A DNA stretch of 63,983 nt, filler included, from Reclinomonas americana ATCC 50394 (taxonomy: Eukaryota), in NCBI GenBank assembly GCA_048213135.1. It is 6 parts of 5 records of this genome, joined end to end, with 100 filler letters (N's around TTAATTAATTAA, not from the genome) between each part and the next. Parts side by side here need not be neighbours in the genome. Positions count along the whole stretch, not along the records: positions 33,603 to 57,401 come from PS015224.1; positions 57,502 to 61,250 come from PS015226.1; positions 61,351 to 62,708 come from PS015227.1; positions 62,809 to 63,983 come from PS015238.1; 2 more parts are not named here. One strand, given 5' to 3'. The notes under the pieces were generated by a model. That model searched no databases and was not told the origin of the DNA. It saw only the letters and a list, made by a program, of their open reading frames with translations. A program made the translations under genes and the position numbers. Positions 52,696 to 63,983 of the stretch are shown here, piece by piece; the first letter of the stretch is position 1, and the number at the start of each line of letters is the position of its first letter.

Positions 52696-53870
52696 TTACT
52701 TTCTCGTGCTGCTCGCCCGTGCCCGTGGTTCATGCAGGCGGATCATTTGCTCCTTGAACTTGTCGACGCCACCGGCCGCATACTCCTCCCAGCCCCTCTT
52801 GAGGGCGGCGGCATTGCGTTCGTACATGTCGGGGCACAGGAAAAAGTCGACAAAGGGGAACGGCAGTGAGATGCCGCTGCAGGCGGGCCGAGTGCGGTAG
52901 CACCAGTCCCAGAAGGTGGAGGAGAAGCCGAGGGAGTACTTCGGGTGCACCACAATGTGGTACCAGTAGTACGCGTCGGCGTTGAGCAGCGCCAGCCACA
53001 CGGCGGCCATCACGCGGCACTTGAAGCACGACTTGCCAGCCTCGCGGGCATGCTCGTAGCTTGCCACAATCGTCTCCGTCGGCACATACTGCACCCACGT
53101 GCGCAGCACAAAGCCCACCAAGTGCTCGGTGGCCACCGCGCACCAGAAGCCCTGGTCGTACACAAAGGCATACATGGCCCAGAACAACACCAAGTACGCG
53201 GTGATCTCGGCAATGTCGTCGGAGATGTAGCGCGATCCCGGGTGGCCTTTGCGCTGGCGCAGTCGGTCGTGGTAGTCCTCGTGCGGCGAGCGATACGAGG
53301 CGATCGAGTGGAAGGTGAGACCGATGGAGAAGCGCTCAAACGTGCAAAAGACGAGGCCGAGGAAGAAGCCTGTCCACGATGCCGAGTACAGGTGTGGGTT
53401 GGCCAACTTGCTGACCTGCCGCGCAAAGAAGCCCGCAAAGAAGAGGCCTTCCAGCGTGCTCAGAGCCGCCACTCGTCGCGTCATCTGATCGACACCATAG
53501 GCCAGTGCACAACCAATCACCGTGAACAGGAAGAACTCGAGACTCGACACCTCGGGGAAGTAGCGGTAGAACGACTGGCCCCACACACAAAAGAGAGAGG
53601 GCGAGGGAGAGGAGAAGGTGTGAGCGATTGATGGACGGGTGACTGCATGCAAGCATCCATGTCAACACACACCGTCACGAGAAACTCCATTCTTGCCTCG
53701 CAGATGAGATAGCCCTCTCAGAGCGCACAAGCACACAGCGAAGAAGGATGTAAGAGGAGAGGACAAGTCCGACAACCAAGAAGCTTAACCACGTGGTGGG
53801 TATTTTGAGAGCTCTCATGCAAAAANNNNNNNNNNNNNNNNNNNNCACGGACGCTGTACTGCAACACACC
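52696..53870 (-). CDS. Fatty-acid hydroxylase/sterol desaturase superfamily-like membrane domain with degenerate His boxes
   Basis: Multiple TM segments; FHSIASYRSPHEDYH, YYWYHIVVHP and terminal LGFSSTFWDWCYRT motif. Confidence 0.55.
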
Positions 53871-53939
53871 AACATAGGTGGAGAAAGAATGACAGAGAGA
53901 GAAGGAGAGAGGCGGTGACACTGCTACTCAGCGAGTCAC

Positions 53940-56900
53940 CGATCCTTCAAGCAAACGTCGAAGAAATCAGACGTCGCCGACGGCAATGTTGGCTTGCTGT
54001 CGGCTCCTGTGACCAGCAACTGGTCGTGCCGCTGATCGCTGTCACCACCCAGCAGTTCGCGCCGAGTGGCTCGGAAGAGTGCAGACGGCGCTTGTGGTGG
54101 AGCAGCGGCCGCGGTGGCCGTGGTGGGAACCGATTGATCGCGAGACGGTATGCGCATGCCACCATGCTCCGGCGACGCCAGTGGACGCGCGTGTGGTGGA
54201 GGAGGGTGATGATGATGATGAAGCAGGTACTGGCGATGGAAGGGCGAGCCGGCAGCGGCTGTCGTCACGGCCGAGGTCACCACGCAAACTCGAACACCAT
54301 CGTCGTCGTCGTCGAGCTGCTTGTGTTCGAATTCTGCAAGGTGGCGTGGCGCGCGTGTCACGGTGGCCAGATGCATCTTCGCGGCCTGTGCAGCCGCGTA
54401 CGCGTACGCTGACGGGCTGCTGGGCAGTTGATCATCGTCACCACGCCCGTTGTCGGCACTAAGTGGATCGGCCAGCTCTCGGACGTCACCCGACGACGGC
54501 GACGACGAGTTTGCTGACGAGGCCGATGAGTGCGACGCAGAGCTGCCAGAGGCCGGAACCAGTGACAAGCGGATACCACCTTTGCTGTTGTACCGATGCT
54601 GCTCGTCGACCCACTCGCGAGTGTACGAACCAGTCTGCGGACGCGGCAGGAACTCACGCAGCAGCAGTTTCGACAGTCGAATCTGTGACATCAACCCGGC
54701 CGTCAACGAGCTGGCCAGGTGGCTGTCGCTGTTGGCGTGCTGGACGAGCGACAGAGAGAGGGAGAGTGAGTGTGTGACGAAGAGAATGAAATCTCGGTAT
54801 TGTTCCTTTCGCATTCGAACAACATACAGCGTACCTCCGCCATCTGTGGCATTGGCATGACAAAGCGTGGCGGTGTGCTGAGGTCGGCGCTGGCGGCATC
54901 GCCTGGACGGGCCATGCGCACGGCCGAAGGAGATTCATTGATGGCATCTGTTCGAGTTGTCCGGCAAAAACACGTACACACAAAAAGCACTGGTGAGAGA
55001 CCACGTAAAGGATCTTGCCGTGCTGGCGTCACTACGAGCAAAAGGNNNNNNNNNNNNNNNNNNNNNNNNNNNNNNNNNNNNNNNNNNNNNNNNNNNNNNN
55101 NNNNNNNNNNNNNNNNNNNNNNNNNNNNNNNNNNNNNNNNNNNNNNNNNNNNNNNNNNNNNNNNNNNNNNNNNNNNNNNNNNNNNNNNNNNNNNNNNNNN
55201 NNNNNNNNNNNNNNNNNNNNNNNNNNNNNNNNNNNNNNNNNNNNNNNNNNNNNNNNNNNNNNNNNNNNNNNNNNNNNNNNNNNNNNNNNNNNNNNNNNNN
55301 NNNNNNNNNNNNNNNNNNNNNNNNNNNNNNNNNNNNNNNNNNNNNNNNNNNNNNNNNNNNNNNNNNNNNNNNNNNNNNNNNNNNNNNNNNNNNNNNNNNN
55401 NNNNNNNNNNNNNNNNNNNNNNNNNNNNNNNAAGAGTGCACGCTTCACGTGGTGTGACGCGCGTCAGGAGATTCCTCTCCGTGCAGACAGAGGGTACGAA
55501 GCAGGTGGAGTGCGCAACAACATACAGCACACACAAAGCAGGACATTGAATAAAGTATGCGTGTGGTGCGAATGACAGTGGCAAACAGACTCACCCATAG
55601 AGTAAAAGAGTGAGCGACCCTCGCGCTGCGACTTGGAAGAAGGTGAACAAATGGCGCCGGCGGGCAGTCCCGCTGGCAATTCATCCGACAACGACAGTGA
55701 CTCCGCGTCGGGGAATCTCGCCAGCGGCCGGGGGCGGTCCATCTCTGTCATCTGAGCAGCCAGCTCACGAGCTCGCGCAAAGGGAATAGTCTGCCGCACA
55801 CGAAGGAATCGGCGGCCTCCGTCACGGGCCACCGCAGCAGCAGAAACATACTTGCCAGTGTTGCACAGAGTGCTGTTCATGGCCCGCTGCAGGGCTTCAT
55901 GGGCGTGTCGCTCACACTGTTCCCGGATGATGGCATGACGCTCCTCCGTGGTGGCACAGTGCGGAGGACTCGCNNNNNNNNNNNNNNNNNNNNNNNNNNN
56001 NNNNNNNNNNNNNNNNNNNNNNNNNNNNNNNNNNNNNNNNNNNNNNNNNNNNNNNNNNNNNNNNNNNNNNNNNNNNNNNNNNNNNNNNNNNNNNNNNNNN
56101 NNNNNNNNNNNNNNNNNNNNNNNNNNNNNNNNNNNNNNNNNNNNNNNNNNNNNNNNNNNNNNNNNNNNNNNNNNNNNNNNNNNNNNNNNNNNNNNNNNNN
56201 NNNNNNNNNNNNNNNNNNNNNNNNNNNNNNNNNNNNNNNNNNNNNNNNNNNNNNNNNNNNNNNNNNNNNNNNNNNNNNNNNNNNNNNNNNNNNNNNNNNN
56301 NNNNNNNNNNNNNNNNNNNNNNNNNNNNNNNNNNNNNNNNNNNNNNNNNNNNNNNNNNNNNNNNNNNNNNNNNNNNNNNNNNNNNNNNTGGCGCTGCACA
56401 TGTCTCAGTTGTCTTGCCCAAGCTTAAGGGTGGTGGTGGTGGTGGTGGCGGTGTGTCCATGGCAGTCTCTGTCTCGTCGTCAGTGTCTTCTTCGTCGTAG
56501 TTGAAGGCCAGCAGTTGAATGGTAGACAGGATCGTGGGCGCCACCTGACCCATGTAACTCTCTCTCGCACCACACACACAATGATCAATGAAAGTACAGT
56601 AATGCACGGTTTTGGACAGAGAGAAGTCGCGATTCCCTCCTCTCTCTAACGGGTCACTGTAAATGACGCCACGGCGTGGGCGCTCTGGTGAGAGCAAAGC
56701 ACAAAGAAGACTGTGATAGGATACCATCCATTTCGCTGCTGATGTACTGCGAAAAAATTGGGTGGTTCATCGGAACAAGCAAGTGCCCACCAGCACGGAA
56801 AAATGAACAGAAATGTGGAGAGCGCAGAAGAGAGAGAGAGAGAGAAGACTGTGCAAGAGAAAGATGAACTGATAACAGGAGGAAGGGACGCGGGATGAGG

Positions 56901-57401
56901 GACGGAACAAAAACCGAGGGGAAAGAGAGCAAACGTGGACGAAATCTGGCACGGCAAGCTGCTGCCGGCCAACTATGGTGCTTAACTATCTCTCTGTCTC
57001 ACTCTCACTCGCAATCAAACTTGATTGCTTGTCGCGAGGCCGACACCCGCAGCGGTGAGTTGCGCAAACACGCCGTGCTGCCAAAGTCGGGCAGCACGAG
57101 TCCAGGGAGTGCCTGTGCGCGCACGCGATCACACACAATGTGAGCAAGGATGCTGGTGGACGGGAACCCAAACAACAAAAAATGCACCAGTGTTGGCGAG
57201 GTCGGGAGCTGGAGCAGCATGTATCCCACGGGATCGACAGGGCGACGCGAGTCCGGAGACGCCGACGGCGAGGACCGCACAGAGAGCGCACGGCCGATAT
57301 CTTCGTCGATTTCCATGCCCTCCTGTTTCGAATTCACAGGTGAGTGCTACAAACGATATAACCCAGCAGTGCGCGCGCATGACTCGAGAGTCTTCTCCAA
57401 G
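53940..57401 (-). CDS. Hypothetical protein exons, gapped; may be the N-terminus of the hydroxylase-like gene
   Basis: Coding-like exons at 57050-57340, 56390-56560, 55595-55973, 54835-54960 and 53940-54740. A GT donor near 53939 and pyrimidine tract/AG near 53860 would link them downstream. Confidence 0.45.
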
Positions 57402-57601
57402 NNNNNNNNNNNNNNNNNNNNNNNNNNNNNNNNNNNNNNNNNNNNTTAATTAATTAANNNNNNNNNNNNNNNNNNNNNNNNNNNNNNNNNNNNNNNNNNN
57501 NCTCCTTCCTTCCCTCCCTCACTCACTCACTCACTACTCTCTCTCTCTCTCCCTTCGTCACACTCACTCCACCTCACTACTCACTCACTCACTCCACCTC
57601 A

Positions 57602-57640
<39 letters not shown>

Positions 57641-57656
57641 CCTTTGTGTGACACCA

Positions 57657-60600
57657 GTGCCAACGCCTACGGAGCAAGCGCTGCTGGTGGCGGCATTGGT
57701 CTGTGGGGTCCAGCAATGATGGTGTGCCGCGCACTGGGCATCGAGTCGACCCTCCGCAGCACCGGAAAAATGATGGACTGCGCAGGTTGCTTTGCCCCCC
57801 ACGAGAACGAGTACCCATGCGCCCGCAGGCTCACCTTTATCGCCTGCTTTGCCTGCTTGCTGTTGTAACAGGCTATCGAGAGCACCAGGGAGGTGCGTGG
57901 CTTGCGCGGCCGTCGCCTCTTGAGCAGTCGCGGTTGACGCGATGCTTGTGTCTGCCGCGGTACGAGTTGACCAGTGCACTGTTGACGGAGGCGAGTGCGT
58001 TGCGCGCGCTGGACAGTGCCAGTGCGGTGACGGTGGCGACGGGTCGGCGTGTGGTTGGCTATGAGGAGTTTGCGGGTGGGGTGCGCGTGAGGATGGAGGA
58101 TGGTGCGGTTTCGAAGAGAGTGAGAGTGTGTGTATTGTGACAACTGACGAGTGATGGTTTTGCAGGCGAGCAGATTGATGCTTCCTACCTGGTGTGTGAC
58201 AGTCGAACAGGGGAAGGAGGAGGGACAGGGAATGAGAATTGAAGAGGAGCAGGGAATGAGTATTGTGAGTTGGAGAAGGAGAGAACGAGACGAGAAGGGA
58301 TTCCGATTGCGAAAAAATTCACCGTAGAGTGAGACTACATGGGATTCGAAGTTTGAGGTGGACACGAGCTCGGTAGGGAGATTGTAAGAGTGTGCGCATG
58401 TGAGAGAGATGACGAGAACGAGAACCAGACGTGTAGGGAATTCCGATTGCAAACGCGACGTGGATAGAGATGCCGAGAAGAGACAAGTTGAAATTAAAAA
58501 GTGTGGGGCGGGCGCGAGTCGAAAAGAGATTGTGCGAGTGTGCATGCGTGAGAAAAGGAGATTGAGATTGTGACAGCAGAGGAGTGGAAGAAGGGGAACG
58601 AGCGAGACGAGAGAGTTGAACACGAGTCATTGCGCAAACTGCATGACAGAGGCTGGGAGATGGAGAGTTTTTCTCACGTTGGTTTTCGAGCCAGCAAGTT
58701 GTTTGACTGTCGTGTGCAGATCGCCGCTGATGGCATTCGATCAACCGTGCGCTCCCAAATGTTCCCCGACGTGCAACCGCAGTATTCAGGCTACAGTTGC
58801 GTGCACGCACTCCCTCGGTCGCGTTCACTGTGCTCGTATCCACTCAAAAATAGCCTACTTCCGCTGCGTCACCGATCGTTTCCCGGAAATCTCCGCGCAT
58901 CATCCCGCCTTTGAGACATGGGCCCCACATCGCCGCTTCGGCATGGTGCCGCTTGCCGATCCGTGGTTGTTTTGGTTTGCTGTCGAGGAGCGTCCGCCCT
59001 TGGGGCCTGGAGAAGCTGTCGGTGCGCCCATTATCTTCCTCTCTTACCCTCCGTCAGAACACTCCCTGAGTTGGCGTGCAGATATGCAAGCCGAGAAGAA
59101 CACGTTGCTGCAGAATTTCGGGCGGACCTTCCACACACCCGTGGAGCGCCTGATTGCCGAAACGCCCGTGTCGCAGTGGTATCAGACCGACATTTACGAG
59201 ATGCCATTGCTGAGTTCGTGGAGTTCGTCGAGTGGCCGCGTGATTCTCACGGGTGATGCGGCGCACGCCCCCGCACCGAACCTTGCGCAGGTGAGGCGTG
59301 AAAAGGGGGATAGAGGGAGAATGGGGAGAGGGAGAACGGGGAGAGAGAGACCTCGAGGATGTACTCGGCACAGTGAGGCAGTGAGCGAGATTCGACATTG
59401 CAAGTTGCACAGCGAACAGATTGCTGGTGATTCATCGGACAGAGATAGAGCACTGCTTTGAGGATGGCACTGTTCCCGTCGTGTGCTGCTGCGAGAACGA
59501 AGAATCTGGAAAGCACATACCCATTCTGCTCTCCATTTCTTCCATGTCGACACAATACCGCTTTCATCCCTCTGTCCATTCTTCTCTTTGTCGCCCTCTG
59601 TCTCACCCTCTCTCGCCTTACCTCTGCCATCTCATTCTCTTTTACCACCTCTGTTCCTCTCTTCGTTCCTCTCCACATTCCACCCTCTCTCTCACCTTCT
59701 GTCTCACCCTGTCTTTCTTGCTCTCCCCTCCTATCTCTTCCTGTCCCCCCGCCCTTTGTCTCGCCCTGCCTTTGACCATCCTACCACCTCTGCTCACATC
59801 TGTTTTCTTCTCTGCATTCTAGCCTTCTCAGTCACATCCTCCTTCTCACCTTGGCCTCACCCTGACTGACTCGCTCTCTCTCCGTCACTGTCTCGCTTCT
59901 CTGTTCTCCATCCACTTCTTGATACTGTTTTCTTGTTTGTTTTTTCTGTCCGCTCTCGCATTACCCACTCACATCACGTTCTCCTTCTCCTTCCCCATTT
60001 CTTTTTCCCTCACCCTTTCCCTCAGTCTTCCCCTCTCCCTTCCCCTCTCCCCTCCCCTTCCCCTTCCCCTCCCCCTTCCCCTTCCCCTTCCCCTCACCCT
60101 CCTTCCCCCCGCAGGGCGCCGGCCTGGCCCTCGAGGACTCCATGTTCTTGGCCTCGCTGCTCGCCGAACACTTCCGTTCGCCCGACAGCGTCGGTCCGCA
60201 GCAGGTGGCGAAAGAGTTTGAAGACGGGCGGCGCAAGCGAGCGCATTTCGTGCAGGTGCGTTGCGAGTGCCACAACGCAGTGCACTCGTGTCTTTGACTC
60301 ACGTGTGCTTTGGGGAGAGCAGCTCGGTGCGCGTGCTGTGGCCTTTGTTGGACAGCAGCGCAAGCCGCTGTCGACCATCCGCGATCGCCTTCTCACCATT
60401 GTACCTGACGCACTGAAGACGCCAGTGTTTGATCGTCTGCATCGGTGTGAACTTAGAGAGGCTCCCCGTCTTGTCTGAAATCTCTAATTATCTTCTCATC
60501 TCCATCTCGTTTCTTTTCTCCTCTTATCTCAATGCTGATACTACTCTCATTTCAATGCAGGCTGATGCTCGGTTGGTACTACACTCCGCCCTCCATCACT

Positions 60601-61220
60601 GGCTCGTTGTACGAGCGGTGTCTCGGTCCGGAGCAGTTTGCCACACTGACCGAATCCATTCGACAGTTCCACCGCGGTGCTGCGGTCGGGGAGACGTCGG
60701 TGGTGGCGCTTGGTCGCACGCGGGTGGATCGCGCCGATAGCAAGGTGGCCTCCATGTTGGCCACTCTTTTGCGGTTGCCGCGGCAGACATCGGCCGTTGC
60801 GTCGCTCTGCAGAGAAGAGTGTGATGATCATGGTGTCGCTCATGTTTGTGCGACAGATGGATTTTGACGAGCCGCTGTACACGCGCGTGCGTGCCACCAA
60901 GGACGGGTGTGAAGTGTGGACGCGCAAGTTTGGCAAGGCGGAGATTGTGTTTGGTGAGTGGTTGGGGTTGAGAAGGGGTAGGGTGGGGAGGTGTTGAGAA
61001 CGGGTGAAGGGGCGACCTTTTTCAGCCTGCAAGTGTGGTAGAGTAGAATTATCGAGAAGACGTTTGCAGTTCTCTTGTGACAATACTGATTGACGCGCGA
61101 CAGAAACCGTACAATGGACGCGACAAGAGTGCTTGGTAGAGGAAGGACCACTGGGTCTGCGCTTTGTGTTTGACTTGGAGCCGGATGGACAGGGCGGATT
61201 CGAGCATTTGCATGTTGGTA
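57657..61220 (+). CDS. FAD-dependent monooxygenase (salicylate hydroxylase/zeaxanthin epoxidase-like) with C-terminal DUF4166-like domain, partial at both ends
   Basis: AGGGIGLWG, RYEL, IAADGIRSTVR, VILTGDAAHAPAPNLAQGAGLALED. Then SLYERCLGPEQFATLTESIRQFH...LATLLRLP...EVWTRKFG. Confidence 0.85.
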
Positions 61221-61680
61221 AGTGCAGTCATGATGGTCTGTGTGTTCCGCNNNNNNNNNNNNNNNNNNNNNNNNNNNNNNNNNNNNNNNNNNNNTTAATT
61301 AATTAANNNNNNNNNNNNNNNNNNNNNNNNNNNNNNNNNNNNNNNNNNNNGCAATCGCTGCGACGCTCGTTGACTGATTAAAGAAGAGTGAGCGAGTCAC
61401 GTCCAAAGCACGCGCACACACAACTCTCACAAAACAAACAAACCGATCATCGCCGTTGCTCATTTGTGTGTGTGTAAGTGTAAGTGTGTGTGTGTATGAG
61501 TGTGCGTTTGTTGCAAAAGAGGAGTTGTGATCAACGCGTGCGCCTGAGAGATCGATCGGAGAGTGGTTTTTTGTGTGAGCGGCTCCGATTTCGATCGAAC
61601 TGACGTCCGAAAACTTTGAATTCAACAGGCTGCAGGTGTATGTGTGGCCGGTCCAATGTGTATCACACGCAGCAACTGCA

Positions 61681-62708
61681 ATGGCTCACAGTTTCGAAAA
61701 GGTGACATGCACAGATATCGAGATGTCGATATCGAATTTGAGAAAGTCGAATTATCTTGTGCTGCATGCGCAGGAAGCGATTCTACGCGAGAAAGTACGG
61801 TCCGTGAGCTGTCGACCTGCTGCCTTCTTGTACTGACCAGAACAATGAGCGCAAGTAGACAAAGAAACAAATCGAAGTTTGCAATTCGACCAACTGCATT
61901 TGCCGACGAGCTCGTGTGCCCACGCTCGGTGGGAGCACGACAGTGGACGACGGGCCGCGCAGGCCGTGCGGGAAGTGCAACGAGAGGATTTAGATTCACG
62001 GTGCCATCCAGAAATGGTGTTGCGGTACCGCGGCCGGCCGCGGTGCTTCGTGGTGGAGGAGGCCGAAGTGGTTTCTCTTGCAGAAACACCAGCATTAGCC
62101 ATCTCGACTTTTTCTCGCTTTTTTTCGTGATGTCTGAGTTTCTGGTGCTCACTGAAGATGGTGCACGTGATCATCATGCAGCTGTGTTGCTGTTTGGATT
62201 AGTAAAGTTGTTGTTGTATTCCGCGGCAGCACGGATCCTGATCTGCGCTAGTGAGGCGGTATAAAAGTGATAGCCGCGTTCTTGACAGCCTTGTTCTTTC
62301 CTTCCGTGTCAATAATCCACAGAATGTGGGTGGCGACTTCATCACTACTGTAAGTGTCCCACTAATCGCTTTCATATCATCTCTCACGCATTGCGCTCTC
62401 CTTTCCACCCCCCATGACCTCCACCACTCCCCCCATTCACCTTCAAAAGTCCTTTGTGGGGCACGCGGGCACAGTGTGCTCCCTCTCCATCACTCCCGAC
62501 GGCCAGCTGCTGGCGAGCGGCAGTCACGACCACACTGTTCGCGTATGGTCCATACCCAGTGGCGCAGAGGTGCGACGACTGAAGGGACACACTGGGTGGG
62601 TGAGGTGCGTTGCATTCACTCCCGATGGCCGGCACGTGGTGAGCGGCGGCAACGACAAGACAGTGCGAGTGTGGTCGCTGGCCAGTGGCGAGGAGGTGCG
62701 ACAGTTCG
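61681..62708 (+). CDS. WD40-repeat protein fragment, 3'-truncated; upstream exons uncertain
   Basis: GHAGTVCSLSITPDGQLLASGSHDHTVRVW and GHTGWVRCVAFTPDGRHVVSGGNDKTVRVW at 62450-62708. Confidence 0.7.
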
Positions 62709-62810
62709 NNNNNNNNNNNNNNNNNNNNNNNNNNNNNNNNNNNNNNNNNNNNTTAATTAATTAANNNNNNNNNNNNNNNNNNNNNNNNNNNNNNNNNNNN
62801 NNNNNNNNCG

Positions 62811-63983
62811 GCTCGCGATTCCTCTCGTACCTGGTTCTCGGTAGCCTCCAGCAGCGACGGCACCAAGCTGGTGGCGGTTGTGCAAAATGGCCGGATTTAC
62901 ACCTCTACTGACTCGGGTGTGACGTGGACGGCTCAGGAATCCTCTCGCAACTGGATTTCAGTGGCCTCCAGCAGCGACGGCACCAAGTTGGTGGCTCTTG
63001 TGAAAAATGGCCAGATTTACACCTCCGCTGACTCGGGTGTGACGTGGGCACCTCAGGAATCCGTTCGCAACTGGATTTCAGTGGCTTCCAGCAGTGACGG
63101 AACCAAGTTGGTGGCTGCCGTGTTCAATGGTCTGATCTATACCTCCACTGATTCTGGCGTGACCTGGCTTGGTCATGATAACAATCGTCAGTGGGAGACA
63201 GTGGCCTCCAGTAGTGACGGCACCAAGCTGGCGGCTATGGTGTTTAGCAACACCCTGTTCATGTCCACTGACTCTGGTGCGACTTGGACAGGCCGGGATG
63301 TAAGTCGCTTCTGGCTCGCAGTGGCCTCCAGCAGTGACGGAACCAAGCTGGTAGCCGCTGTGCAAGGGGGTCAGCTTTACACCTCCACTAACTCTGGCGT
63401 GAACTGGACTGCTCGTGACTCCAGTCGCCAGTGGCTGGCTGTGGCCTCCAGCGGTGACGGCACCAAGTTGGTGGCTGTGGTGCAGACTGGCCAGATTTAC
63501 ACTTCCACGAATTCTGGTGTGACGTGGACTGGATTGCCAGAAGGCGTAGGGCTACATGCGACCAGTGCGTGGAATTCGGTGGCCTCCAACAGCGACGGCA
63601 CCAAGCTGGTAGCTGTTGTGAATGGTGGCCAGATCTACACCTCCACGGATACTGGCGTGACGTGGACGGCTCGTGAGTCAAGTCGTGCGTGGATGTCGGT
63701 GGCCTCAAACAGTGATGGCACCAAGCTGGTGGCTGCGGTGTTCCTTGGCCAGCTTTACACATCTGCTAATTCTGGCGTGACGTGGACAGCGCGAGAGACC
63801 AGTCGCCAGTGGCAGTCTGTGGCCTCTAGCAGTGACGGCACCAAGCTGGTGGCTGTGGCGACCAGTAGTGTGATCCTCACCTCCTCTGACTCAGGCGTGA
63901 CATGGGCAACGCAAGAAACCAGTCGCGCATGGAAATCTGTGGCCTCCAGCAGCGACGGCACCAAGTTGGTGGCCGTTGTGAAT
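62811..63983 (+). CDS. Asp-box (BNR) beta-propeller repeat protein, 40-aa repeats, open at both ends
   Basis: Stop-free frame from 62811 (absent from the ORF track). About 9.5 copies of ARDSSRxWxSVASSSDGTKLVAVVxxGQIYTSTDSGVTWT at 120-bp period. Confidence 0.85.

Overview
Gene-dense (~19 genes), GC-rich, intron-rich nuclear DNA from a eukaryote, most likely a protist. It has short GT-AG introns, abundant (CA)n/(GA)n tracts and the standard genetic code. The assembly is gapped and contains five artificial N-TTAATTAATTAA-N linkers, so adjacency across them is unproven. Recognisable genes: SECIS-binding protein 2, an FHA protein, an EF-hand/CBM25-like/sucrose-phosphatase-like fusion, a bacterial-type DUF285 (BspA-like) repeat adhesin with PAN/apple exons downstream, a cysteine desulfurase-TtcA fusion, PLAC8, a RING/EF-hand protein, a type-B carboxylesterase, SPCS2, a PMCA-type Ca2+ ATPase, a ~17 kb polycystin-1-like (FN3-like repeats/CUB/REJ/GPS) gene, a degenerate fatty-acid-hydroxylase-like membrane protein, an FAD monooxygenase-DUF4166 fusion, a WD40 fragment and an Asp-box 40-aa repeat protein. 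Most notable: the one-polypeptide tRNA thiolation machine, the apparently horizontally acquired variable-repeat adhesin, the Ca2+/glucan-binding pseudo-phosphatase, and locally generated degenerate repeats (including a long hairpin) that copy gene ends and splice junctions. Exon structures were read by eye and domain calls are motif recognition, not database searches.
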